From Macrostomum hystrix (lineage: Eukaryota > Animalia > Platyhelminthes): a stretch of 64,000 nucleotides of DNA. Positions within the stretch are counted from its first letter, which is position 1. Each line of letters begins with the position of its first letter. The notes beneath the pieces are model-generated. The model did not search any database. It saw nothing but the letters and a program-made list of their open reading frames with translations, and was not told the origin of the DNA. The position numbers and the translations under genes are program-made. Of this stretch, positions 1 through 12,500 are shown in pieces. The DNA lies in NCBI GenBank assembly GCA_950097015.1, contig CATNEN010000034.1, positions 2,728,001 through 2,792,000 on the forward strand, in the 5' to 3' direction.

Positions 1-1423
1 CAGAGTAATTTACCCCACTCGGATTAAAAGTTCTAGTGGCCTCTAGCGTGCCGCTTGACCCTTAGCGGCATCATAAACGCAACTTAAATGACATTGATTT
101 GGCATTTTTCTGTTGATTTACTACTCTATTGGGTAAAAAAGTATGGCATTGAAGATAGAAATGATATGTCGGGTGGCTGTCGGAATTGCAGCGTTTGTCA
201 ACTAGTCGCATAAACTGTCGATTGAAAAACGGGTAGAAATGTAGACCTAGAGTGTTTTAAAATGTTTATAATTATTTTTTTGATTTTCTTTTATTTGTAT
301 TACAAAACTGTAGTGCTTTATGTTCCATTGTTAATGATTATATTTATAAAATTATATCAAATAAATCTGTACGTTGTTTACGCCCACGAACTCTTGAATT
401 GCAATCACACAGACGGACGTAGCTTGAGGAAGGGTCTGTACATGCTTTCACTTGTGCCTTGTACTATGTGCTTTATTATTGTGGGGTTGAGCAGAAATTC
501 TCTATGTTGCTTAGTTAATTATAGTCCGTGTGGCAATTTCCTTTTCCATCCGCAGGCAATGGAAATAAAAATGCATATGTGCTTTTACTTCTGCATTTTT
601 CCCGTTCCGATGCAAACATCGGGACCGGGTGTTCTGCACCGCAATAGATTTAGATTTAGATTTAGCATAGTTTTTTTTCTTGATCTTTGTGATTTAGCTG
701 ACTGAATACTACATATCATAGCACCGCACAACAGCACGAAACTGGGGGAAAGTAATTTTCTTTTTATACTCACACAAATATAGTATTCGTTTCATCCAAA
801 AAGTAAATACGTACAGCGGCAGAGCCCAGGCTTGGGGCTGACCCGCGGGGGTAACCCCACCACTACTGAAAAAAAAATATGGTCGATGAAGTTCGACACA
901 ATAAATCCAAAAAATCTTACTTTCTCTAATAGAAATGTAAATAAGCTCATAAGAAAGCGCGAAAATTCTTAACTTTGCATACTGACAAAAATCAATAAAT
1001 TAAGAAAAATTCACGACACAGTAGCGACAAAACCTTGTTATAATGAAACTTCCGCATGTGAGCTCTTCTTCAAAAATTTTCTAAGATTTGTGAATTTCTA
1101 CCTAACTAAGAAATTAAAGAGTCACGGTACGATTATGAGATAAAATTTATAACACCGACCATAGGACTTACAATTTATTTAGGACTATGATGCAGGAACG
1201 CCTCATATGTCTGCAACAACGATACAGGTGTAAATAAACAACAATAGGCCTATTAAGCAGAAGTAGACGTGAACTGTAGGCCTACCTCAGGCTCAGCCCC
1301 ACTGCTTTTAACACAGAACAGAAATAGCTAACAAAGCGTGATTACAGCGCATTACATTGCCTACTAGCTGTATTATATACATATATATATATTTATACAA
1401 CCATCGTGCTTGGACAAGTTACA

Positions 1424-4400
1424 ATGGAGACAAAGAAATCCAACGAGGACGTCTTGGCCAAGTTAGAGACTTCAAAAGTTAAAAAGATCTATAAAATTAT
1501 CGTTATTGGTGACTCAAATGTTGGTAAAACGTGCTTGACTTACAGGTTTTGTGAAGGAAAGTTTCCAACTCGAACAGAAGCTACTATTGGTGTTGATTTT
1601 CGTGAGAAAACACTTAATATTGGTTCCCAAGAAATCAAGGTAAGAAAATGCTCATAGATAGCTCAATATTTTAAATACTAATTACATTTTATATTTTACA
1701 TGATTGTCAGGAGATATGACATTTTATAAATATAATGGGCCCTCTGAAAATTTTTTATGATATAGTTGCTACAATGTTGCATTCTGAATTGCAATAGGGT
1801 GGGCCTATTATTTTGACTTTAGAATTCAGTGTATCACAGATAGCTTAAATTTGTGATTCTTATCTCAGTTGCTTGTAGTCTTGTAGATGTATGCTACATT
1901 AGTCCATATAAACTGGTTGAAAAAAATTATAATGGATATGTGTGGAAGAATTATTTAGCTATGAAAAGAAGCCAATTATCAATTGCATTAACAGATTACA
2001 AGTTTTTCATGCTAACAGCAGATTAGATATCTTGCTACATCACATGTATCTAACAAATATCTTTATGGCAGTTCTCTTTTATATGACACAATATTATCCA
2101 CTGTAATGAGTACTTAGAGTGATAGGTGAACTTTAAAGTTAAAATTTTATTAACATTTCTTAGGCCTAGTGTCAATTTTTTCTCTTAGGTACTATAAATT
2201 AGAAATATATACAAAAACATCTCAAAACAACAACCTACAACATTGCTTCAGTTGCTGTTGGTGGGGCAACTATACAGATTTATAATGGTTATTATGAAAG
2301 TGCTAGGGTAATGTATCATCAACCAAACAAGAATGTGTATTTTTTTAACTTCAAACCTAAGCTACAGATTTTCTATTTAAGATATGATGATAAATCAAAA
2401 GCCAAGTTATAGAAAACAGTTACATCTTTCTAAAAAGTATCAGCTTTTGCTATTTTATCAAATAGAAAAAAGTTATTCCTGCTTTTTATCTAAAACTGGA
2501 CAATGATTTTCATGTATCTTCAAACCTAACAGAGAATTTTATGTTTGGTTTTACAATTTGAGTGAGTGGTTTAATCTTATTTTAAGGAGTGAACTATCAT
2601 GAATTATGTAATTTGAAAGCATTTTTCATGCTCTATAAATAACTACATTTATGGTTATTTAATTGGCAAGCAACCACATACAATCTTCATCTAAAGTACA
2701 TACTGAAAAAATGTTGTTTAAAAGTATGCTTTTGCAATAAAAATTTATACTGAAACATCAATATCTTTCTTTCCTCTTAATGCTTCATTGCACATCATGG
2801 CTCAGCTTGTAGATCATATCTTCAACTTTCAAATTAGTTGTTCTGTGAAACACAATTAGCTTGTTTCTGTCTTGCACAAGACCAAGGAAGAAGTCAGAAT
2901 TCCTGTTCGGTTTTGAAGATACACTGTTTGGTTAATGATACATTACCCTATATTATCAACTAGGCCTCTAAAATTTGTCTAAACATTATAGCTATTCTGT
3001 AATATTATCATATTATGCCTAAATATATTGCATTGAGTCTTACTCAACTAAAAAACCAGTTAGGTGATACCCATTTTGATTTCAGGTCAATTTGGCTGAA
3101 AAAATAAACTAATCTCCTCAATTTGATTTTGAGTATGGGTTTTTATGACCCACAACAAAAATGTTATAAGTTATTCAGTTATGCAAAGTTACAAGCACTG
3201 GTAAATGTTTCTATTAATGAATTTTATATAAAATCTTAGCAAATTAGTTTTTGCAGCTGAGACTAATGTAAGTCTAAGCCAACAGAATCACAAAAGCATA
3301 TGTATATAATCTTTAGGTAACAAGTTGTTACTTATGTGACATCAAAAACTGGTATGGGGATACACTTGGTGTGGTATGTGCTAGGTACCTGTTAAGTCAG
3401 AAAGTCCAACCCCAAAGCCTAATGGTACCTGGACAATTCGTCATCTTACAACTTCGTCATCCAGATGATGATCTGTCCAATATCTCAGAGGGTGGATGAC
3501 GAAGAGACTTAGACTTGTGGACACTTCATCATCTATAAAACAAAAGTTTTCAAAGTTAGAACAGAACCACCCTCCCCACCCCTCCTCACATTGTGTTGGC
3601 ACCTATCTTTCAACTCTTATAAAGAAAGCAGTTTTGTCAACCTTTTGACAATTTAGTGTGAAGTGTGTTCAAAACTCTGCCCCACCACCATACATGCGCA
3701 ACCTCCCAAATCTTAGCCGGCTGTGTGATTTAGTTTTTGTTCTATTTACAACTTAGTTTGCTCTCATTTGCTCTCTTTTTCTCTCCCCTTTTTCCTTTTC
3801 TTCACGCCTCCTTTTTTCCCTTGGTCCCCCCTTTGATTTTTTTTTGCTTGGTCAATTGGTTTTTGCGACTTACCTTGCTTGGCCCTCGTTTCACCCGGCC
3901 GGTTCGGCCGGATGTTGAGCATGTAATCAGTGTACTAGTCTGCCAGTGCCAAAATGTAGCTTTAATAAATGTATTAAACCTGGATGGCAGTTAACAATAA
4001 TGCAGCTGTTGATGCTAGGTATACAAGCATGTTTTGCGTTTTTTTTTATAAAAGGACCAAATTTGGTATAGAGTTAGTCTAGCTTTAAAACAAATTGGGC
4101 CATTGTCCAACTGCTCTGAGACAGATGTGGGAGTCAAGGTTCAGTGATGGACTTGTCAAATCAGTAATGAATGTTTTAAAATTCAAAACACTCAGTACTG
4201 AAGGTTTTTGTTTTATGACAGCCAATATCTAAAATGACTTTACTTCAACCTAAACACAATTCTGTAAAAGCTGGTGCTTATTGTGCTTTTATCTAAAAGT
4301 GCACAATTTTTCTATTACTTGTCACAGTACAATGGAAAACAAAAGTGTGGTGAAGCAAATGAATTGCAATAAGTTAAGAACATTATACGCATAGAGGTTG

Positions 4401-7400
4401 TTGAATACTTTAAATTTTAGTCCATTCAAATTACTTTACCAGTGTGCAGTCTTCCACATGCAATAAGCCATCAAACTACACATGGTGCAATGCTCATGAA
4501 AATCAGAAGTGTTTATAAAATAACAGTATGTGTAATATAGCACATTTAATACTTTTTCTTAGATTGCTTGCAACTCAATGCTGATCAGAATGTAACTGTA
4601 TTGGACTTGTCTAGTACTGGGCATTTTACTGTCACCAAAATGGTTGTTGCCAGAGTGACCTGTTGCCAAAGGGCTTGTCACCAAAATGGACAGTGATATT
4701 AATAGATCACAAATTTATAGCTAGCTGTTGCACAGAGGCATATAAATCTTGAAACCATGGCTTTTCAATCCAATTATTTTTTATTTCAATTTTCATTTGC
4801 GATACAAGTATTTTTTGTATGTCATGTTAAATTTGAAACTCAATTGTATCAGTTCTAAGGCCATGGGGCAGTCTATTTTTACTGTGTAAATGACATAGCC
4901 AGCGTGCTTCACACACTGATCACAAGGCATTTGAAAACCAAACTCGGCAATACTCATTTAGCCAACTGCTTTTGAAATAGTTTATTTCTGATTTGGTCTC
5001 ATCGGGATGACTATGAAACAAAAGCAATGTTGAGCAGAAACGTTCATATTTATGCTTGCTATAATTTCATTTATTTGTTGATTGTACCATGACTACGTGG
5101 CTATCGGGCGGGCTGATATTCGATTATTGCCATAGACAATGTCATTTTGGCCCGAAAAGTTGGGCCGATAATGGATTATTTTTGTGTATTTTAACGTATA
5201 GCCACATACTATAAGCCTACTACTTTCCACTACTGCTTTAATAACTAATCCACATAAGAAACTGTTCACGCAGGTTTCATTGAAACTTCACGTGCTAATA
5301 GCGTGGACAGGGCAAATTTTTTCCTTCTGCCCAGGCAGAGACAACTCTGAGTAATTATCTTCGCGGGAATTTTTCTGTCAGCTGTTCCTAGGGGGTTAGT
5401 GAGCGTCCTTGACTTAGAGCACGGAGGAGGAGGACGGCTGTATAACTGGCTAATATGAGACAGTGCAAACTAGCTCGTAACTGGAACTGGAATCCTGCTG
5501 CGGCGCCGATCTCGCTACAATGTCCAACTCTGCTGTGCTTATGTCTGTGAATAGATTTGAACCCGTTTTTGAGCTTCTATTTTTATTATATTAGGGTGTT
5601 CAGTCACAAGTTTAGAATGAGTGTAGATTTATGCGTGTTTAAATCTACTTTAGTCTGCCTTTTAAGCAGTAAAATGCACTTTAATTATTACGAATTTGAT
5701 CGGATCTGCTTTGTAACCTTAAATATTGGAATTTCAAAATTAGTCGCCACTTTTATGACAAATCTTTTCATCAATCAGTAGGTTCGTAAGAAAATTTTAG
5801 CGAAAGCGGATTTGCGAAAGCGGATTTGCTAAAGCGGATTAGTGAAAGCGGATTTGCGAAAGCGGATATGCGAAAGCGGATTAGCGAAAGCGGATTAGCG
5901 AAAGCGGATTAGCGAAAAGCGAATTATTAACGCTAATAATTCAGCGGATTAGCGAAAGCGGATTAGCGAAAGCGGATTAGCGAAAGCGGATTAGCCAAAG
6001 CGGATTAGCGAAAGCGGATTAGCGAAAGCGGATTAGCGAAAGCGGATTAGCGAAAGCGGATTAGCGAAAGCGGATTAGCGAAAGCGGATTAGCGAAAGCG
6101 GATTAGCGAAAGCGGATTAGCCAAAGCGGATTAGCGAAAGCGGATTAGCGAAAGCGGATTAGCGAAAGCGGATTAGCGAAAGCGGATTAGCGAAAGCGGA
6201 TTAGCGAAAGCGGATTAGCGAAAGCGGATTGATGAGCGAGCTAATATTGGCTTCAAACCAACCTCCTATAGCTGCAACTGTGGGACACGGCTGGCCAGGA
6301 GCGCTTCCGCCAGTCGATGCTGCCCCACTATTACCGCAATGTACACGCCGTAGTCTTTGTCTATGACGTCACTAAGCCGTCTTCGTTTAACAGCCTGCCC
6401 GGATGGCTGCGCGAATGCGATCAGCACTATCTGCCGCCTGAGGTGCCCCGGCTGCTGATTGGCAACAAGTGTGACGAGCAGGCGAGAGTTAGCACTCAGG
6501 TTGGTCCTGACCCAAACTGACCCAAACTGCATAGGAATTTACTTATGTTTCACGGACCCTTCTAGATTTGTATACCAACAGATGCTGGTACCCTCTTAAA
6601 TTCGTAGCCTTCTAGATTTCTACCCCAACAGATGCTGGTACCCTCTTAAACTCGTAGCTACAAAGTTTTATAGCTGGGTGAACAGAGGCGAAAGAGTCGA
6701 ACTCTAGACCTCTCGGTCAATCTGAAGCTCTAACCGCTGTGCGGAGAGACTCTCTGTTTTACCGTTTGTACTATCCTGCATTCTCCCTTGTGTAGTATTT
6801 GTGTCCTATCCTGCATTCTGCATTCTGCATCCTGCATTCTCTCTTGTGTAATCTTTGTTTCCTATCCTACATTCTCCCTTATGTAGTCTTTGTCCTATCC
6901 TACATTCTCCTATGAGTAGTGTTTGTCCTATCCTACATTCTCCCTTATGTAATCTTTGTGTCCTATCCTACATTCTCCCGTATGTAGTCTTTGTCCTATC
7001 CTACATTTTCCTATGAGTACGTATTTGTCCTTTCCTACATTCTTCCTTATGTAGTCTTTGTCCTATCCTACATTCTCCTATGAGTACGTGTTTGTCCTAT
7101 CCTACATTCTTCCTTATGTAGTCTTTGTCCTATCCTACATTCTCCTATGAGTACGTGTTTGTCCTATCCTACCTCCTTTTTTCTAGTATTTGTCACATTC
7201 TAAATTTTTCTTAATGTAGTCTTTGTCCCAGCCATATTTTCTTTATCTAGTCTTTGTCTCATCCTGCATTCCCTCCAATTCCCCGATGCACCCGAATTTT
7301 ACCCGCAGGCGGCGCAGAGGTTCGCAGACGAGCACAGCATGCCAGTGTTTGAAACCAGCGCCAAGGACGACTCCCGCTCCGATCACGTTGATTCGATATT

Positions 7401-7632
7401 TCTGACGCTGGCCCACAAGCTGGTGACTAGTCGGCCATTGATGACCCGATCCTACACTGCAGACCTGGCCAACGAAGATGGCAGTGTTAGCTTGCACCGG
7501 CAGCAGCGCGGACGCCGGCGAAGATTGGCCTCAGCTTCCGTCAACGGCAGCAGCGGCGGCGGCGGCGGCGGTTTCAGAGCCGCTTCAAACTCTGCTGCGT
7601 CATCAGACGAAGATGACTCCTGTCTGTGCTAG
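1424..7632 (+). CDS. RAB33: Rab33-family small GTPase, 3 coding exons (1424-1639, 6272-6499, 7309-7632), 255 aa
   Basis: GT-AG introns all phase 0 join into one frame: GDSNVGKT (P-loop), [35 protein letters not shown] (Rab33-type switch II), GNKCD, ETSAK, C-terminal SCLC prenylation motif. Confidence 0.9.
5800..6230. repeat. 14-bp tandem array (GCGAAAGCGGATTA), about 30 copies, Rab33 intron 1
   Basis: Directly visible periodicity; ends about 40 nt before the exon 2 acceptor. Confidence 0.95.
6570..6750 (-). mobile_element. Degenerate fragment of SINE family 1
   Basis: Contains GATGCTGGTACC (duplicated), AGCTGGGTGAAC and GCTCTAACCGCT, reverse complements of core and A-box motifs of the 16220 element. 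Confidence 0.5.
6775..7260. repeat. Degenerate 32-33 bp minisatellite (TTGTCCTATCCTACATTCTCCCTTATGTAGTCT), Rab33 intron 2
   Basis: Repeated TGTCCTATCCTACATTCT cores; a related decayed tract is in ZWILCH intron 1 (10135-10330). Confidence 0.85.
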
Positions 7633-8689
7633 AAATTTTCTATTTTTGAACAATTATTAAATGTCCTACTTATCAGTAGTGTAAATGGGAAGGAAACTTT
7701 TTTTTTGTTTTCCTCTAGTTGTACCTATCGGATATATACAGCTAGCTTCACTGAAATTCAAAGCCCTAGTTTTGCTAATTTCGTCCGGTTAAATATTTTT
7801 TACTGCAAAGTTCAAAGTAAAAAATTACTTACTAATATATTTTAAACAAGTCACAATCTATGACTAGCAATGATGTGTATTTTGATGTTGTCACTTTTTT
7901 GTTTGTCATTAATTGTGTCCGCCATTTTGTCAATCTTAATTTCTCGGTGAAAGTCGCTTTTTCGTTATAACTTTGGTACTTTCCGACAAGTATTTAAATT
8001 TGTGCTCTAGTATTTCTCAATCAAGTATTGATTGAGAAAAAGCTTCCTTGTTGACAAATTGTGCCTACCTACTTATAGTAGGCATGCTGCGTTTTTTGCA
8101 GTCGACACGTAGAAAATTTAAATATGGCGCATTTATCTCACCGCGGTGCCAGCAAATATCGATTAGACGCTCCTTATTTAGTATTTTTATTATTATAGAC
8201 TAAATGTGAAGCAACTGCTTGATGTATAGATTTTCACTTAGTTAATGGTTGGTAATATGTATTATAGTTTGTGACTTCCTTGCAATAAATGTTACTCGTA
8301 ACTCTGAGAGAGTACTATTTTTTATTATCTAAGTTTTTCGATTAGTGAAACACTACTGTTTCACTGAATTTTGAGATTGAAAGATTGAAAAAATGTTTGC
8401 TACAATTGAACGATTTGTATACTTTCCTATTTTTAATGCAACAAGACAGAAGTCCACTTTCTTTTGTCCGACATTTTCTTCTATTGCCTTTTTTTCTAAA
8501 AGGAACTCGTATTTTGTTTTTTTTGCATTCATTTAATAAAATATTATTCTGGGATTAACCCTATAAAAAGTTATCCAGACAAGAACCGTTGTTGAAGTCG
8601 TATGAGCATTCTATAGTCACTGACACATAGACATCTCTCTTTTATCTAGAGACGCAAATTGTTCTCTGCTCTCTGACAACTCAAGCGCT

Positions 8690-9215
8690 TTCCTGACAAC
8701 ACAAATGCTTCCCTGACGACACACACGCTTCTCTTACAATTCAAACGCTTCTCCAATGGCTTAAACGCTTCCCTGACAACTCAAACGCTTCCCTGACAAC
8801 TCAAACGCTTCCCTGACAACTCAAACGCTTCCCTGACAACTCAAACGCTTCCCTGACGACACAAACGCTTCCCTGACGACACAAACGCTTCCCTGACGAC
8901 ACAAACGCTTCCCTGACAACTCAAACGCTTCTCCAGCGGCTCAAACGCTTATCAGACAACTCAAGCGCTTCTCCGAAAACTCTAACTCTTCTCCGACAAC
9001 ACAAACGCTTCTCAGAAAACTCAATCGCTTCTCAGACAACTCAAACGCTTCTCAGACAACTCAATCGCTTCTCAGACAACTCAAACGCTTCTCAGACAAC
9101 TCAATCGCTTCTCAGACAACTCAATCGCTTCTCAGACAACTCAAGCGCTTCTCATACAACTCAAACGCTTCTCAGACAACTCAGAGGTTTGTCAGACAAC
9201 TCAATCGCTTATAAG
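8690..9215. repeat. 20-bp tandem array (GACAACTCAAACGCTTCCCT / ...TCTCA), about 26 copies
   Basis: Visible period of 20 nt between the Rab33 3' end and the ZWILCH start. Confidence 0.9.
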
Positions 9216-9538
9216 AAATACTAAAGAACTCGCTTTAGACCAGGTATACATTACAAGCACTGCATGGTGTCCTTTTTAGTCTGTTTGTTTCGCATTACTT
9301 TTTAATATCCCTAAAACCGCTTAAACTGTGACTAAAAACTTAAACGAATTTGGAATTCAGTATACTTCGGCACTTAATTTATTTCTAGGTAGTGGAATAG
9401 AAGTTTATTTTATAATTTTAGAAATAAACAAAAAACTTTTACACATCCAGAACTTATTTTCGCTGACTTCCATTGGCTTCAGTTTTCAGACTTTTTCCTT
9501 GCATTGAATAAACAAGATTGTCTAGAGCAACGATTAGC

Positions 9539-12500
9539 ATGGAAGAGCATCAGCTTCGAGATCCCGTCCAGCTGGCCTTCGTCAAGGAGCTCCTGGTTAG
9601 TCGCCTGTTTGTCCCAGATAACAGCGCTGCTACACTGGGATCCGGTTCTTCGGATCATTGGTTTGACGCCGAACGCTGCTCTGTACTTCTACTTCACGGA
9701 GGACATCGGCAGCCGGTGCTGCAGCTTCAGCAGCAGCCAGCGGCTTCGTCCTCGATGCTGCTGCCAGGCGCTGGTGCAGCTTTGTCAAATTCTAGCAATA
9801 GTCGCGGCCTATCTAAGCTGGACTCATCGGCCATGTCAATGTCCGATGTTGAAGAGGACGAAGGCGAAGGTCCTCTTAAATTGAATAAAATTGCCGACCT
9901 CAGCGGCGTCGGGCCGTGCGTGGAGCCACCGGCTACGCCTGGCGGCGACTTCGACGACGAGCTCGGCGACGATTTGTCGATGATGCGCAGCCTGGCTGAG
10001 CAGTTGGCCAATCGGCTGCCGTTTCGGCCTCTCAACTTGGCGGCGGCAAATATTGCATTGGCTGAGAAGGCGCAGCGACCTGCTGGGAGCGCCGGGACAG
10101 CGCAGCAGCAGGTGTGTTTGAGTCAAAGAAGTCTTTGTCCTATTCTACACTTTATATTGTATTTGTCACATCCTAAATTCTTCCTTATGTAGTCATTGTT
10201 ATATCCTACGCTCTCTCTCTCTCTCTTACGTACACGTTTTCCTATTCTACATTCTCGCTTATGTAAGTCTTTGTCCTATCCTACGCTCTATTTTTCTAGT
10301 CTTTGTCCTATCCTTCATTCTCCCTGATGTAATTACTAAACAAAGCATGCAGAACTGCTTATTCATTGGTTGTTCCCCCAGCTAATCCTGGCTCTTTGTC
10401 AGCCTGAATCGCCGTGCGATCCGCTAATTCGCGGCTTGCTGCTCGAACCGGTTAGACGAGCTGCGGCTGCTGGAGTTCAGCAGCAGCAGCAGCAGCAGCA
10501 GCAGATTCAACAGCTGCGCTCGTTGACTTTGCGCGAGCTCGCCTGCGCTGAGCCGCGCGACGGCCTGCCCAGCCTTGACGCCCTCCTGGATCGTCTGGCC
10601 GGAGCTCCGCTGCTGCCTGCGCCGCAGTTCGATGTACGCGCCACCTACCTGCTGTTCGCCAACCCGGGCCAGACTGACAGCGGTACCGAGGTGACCTTCT
10701 GCGCCACCTATCCGGGCGCGAACTGTGCCAGACTGTTCGAACCGCCGCCAAGGCTTTGCAATCCTCTCGGCTGTCTGAGCGTCAGGCCGCGGCCCTGGCA
10801 GCCGGGCAGCTGCGCCAGAAATCTGGCCGCCCACCTGGCCGTGCTCAGGCAGCTGCACGGAGCAGTTGAACGAGAGGAGCGAGTCTGGAGCCTGCAGGGC
10901 CGGGCGCCCGGCACTTTTCAAGCGTTTGCTGTCCGATTGGCTGGCTTGCTGAGGTGCGACAGGATTTTCATTTGTTTTTTTGGTGTACTAAATTGAAATA
11001 ATCCGGATTAAAGTGTTGTTTCTTATTTTCAAAGTGTGGCTTTTTGGTTGCTAGGGTGGAGCTCTTTTGTTACTAGGGTGTAGCTTTTTGGTTTCCCGGG
11101 TGCCGCTTTTTGGTAGCTATGGTATAGCTTTTTGGTTGCTATGGCGTAGCTTTTTGGTTGCTATGGCGTAGCTTTTTGGTTGCTATGGCGTAGCTTTTTG
11201 GTTGCTATGGCGTAGCTTTTTGGTTGCTATGGCGTAGCTTTTTGGTTGCTATGGCGTAGCTTTTTGGTTGCTGGGGTCCAGATTTTTTGGTTGTCAGGGT
11301 GTAGCCTTTCGCTTGCTGAGGTTTAGTTGTCTGATTAATATGTCATGATCAATATTTTTATATTATCTCTTTATCGTGCCCCTCACGTTGCCGGTAGAAC
11401 TCTGGGCATAGATGCTCCGCCACAGCTACTGGCCGCTGCTGAAAGCGGCGGCGGCGGCGCCGGCGGATCCGGCCCTGGCGGAGGCGACGCGCATCCGCTG
11501 GGCGACCTGACAAACTGGAACAATGTCTCCACTGGCGGCGGCGCCGGTCACACCAACTTGCTGACTGCGGCCGCTCCGCCTGTTACAGCTAACGCTGCTG
11601 CAGCCGCTGCCGCATCGGCCGCTTTGGAAGAGGATCTCGACGCCGACGGAGACGGAGAGATTGGCCGACTGTTGCGCAGCCGGAAGCCGGACCTGGCCGA
11701 GCTGCTCTGGCTGCTAGCTAGGGATGTGCAGTGCGCTGCCAGCCTGCGCCGCTGCTTTGAGCTCTACCTGCGAGTTGTCAACGCTTGCTCGGGTGAGTCG
11801 CATCATGCCTCTCGTTAACTGGCTCACTGACACCACTTCCCTTCCTCCCCTGACACTTCCTCCCCTGACACTTCCCTTCCTCCCCTGACACTTCCCTTCC
11901 TCCCCTGACACTTCCCTTCCTCCCCTGACACTTCCCTTCCTCCCCTGACACTTCCCTTCCTCCCCTGACACTTCCCTTCCTCTGCTGACACTTCTCTAAC
12001 ACTTCCCTTCCTCTGCTGACACTTCCCTGACACTTCCCTTCCTCAACTGACACTTCCCTTTCTCTCCTGACACTTCCTTTCCTCTCCTAACACTTCCCTT
12101 TCTTTTCTGACACTTTCTCTCCTGACACTTCCCTTCCTTTTCTGACACTTCCATTCCTCTCCTGACACCTCCCTTCCACTCCTGACGCTTCCCTTCCTCT
12201 GCTGACACTTCCCTTCTTCTGCTGCCGCTTTCCTTCCTCTCCGGACACTTCCCCTCCTCTGCTGACACTTCCCTTCCTCTGCTGACACTTCCCTTCCTCT
12301 GCTGACACTTCCCTTCCTCTGCTAACACTTCCCTTCCTCCCCTGACACTTCCCTTCCTTTGCTGACACTTCCCTTCCTCTCCGGACACTTCCCCTCCTCT
12401 GCTGACACTTCCCTTCCTCTGCTGACACTTCCCTTCCTCTGCTGACACTTCCCTTCCTCTGCTAACACTTCCCTTCCTCCCCTGACACTTCCCTTCCTCT

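Noticed and set aside
262-773. ORFs of 147 aa (+) and 62 aa (-)
   Set aside because: AT-rich, Phe/Ile/Leu-biased, with no motif or splice support; typical chance ORFs in the Rab33 upstream region.
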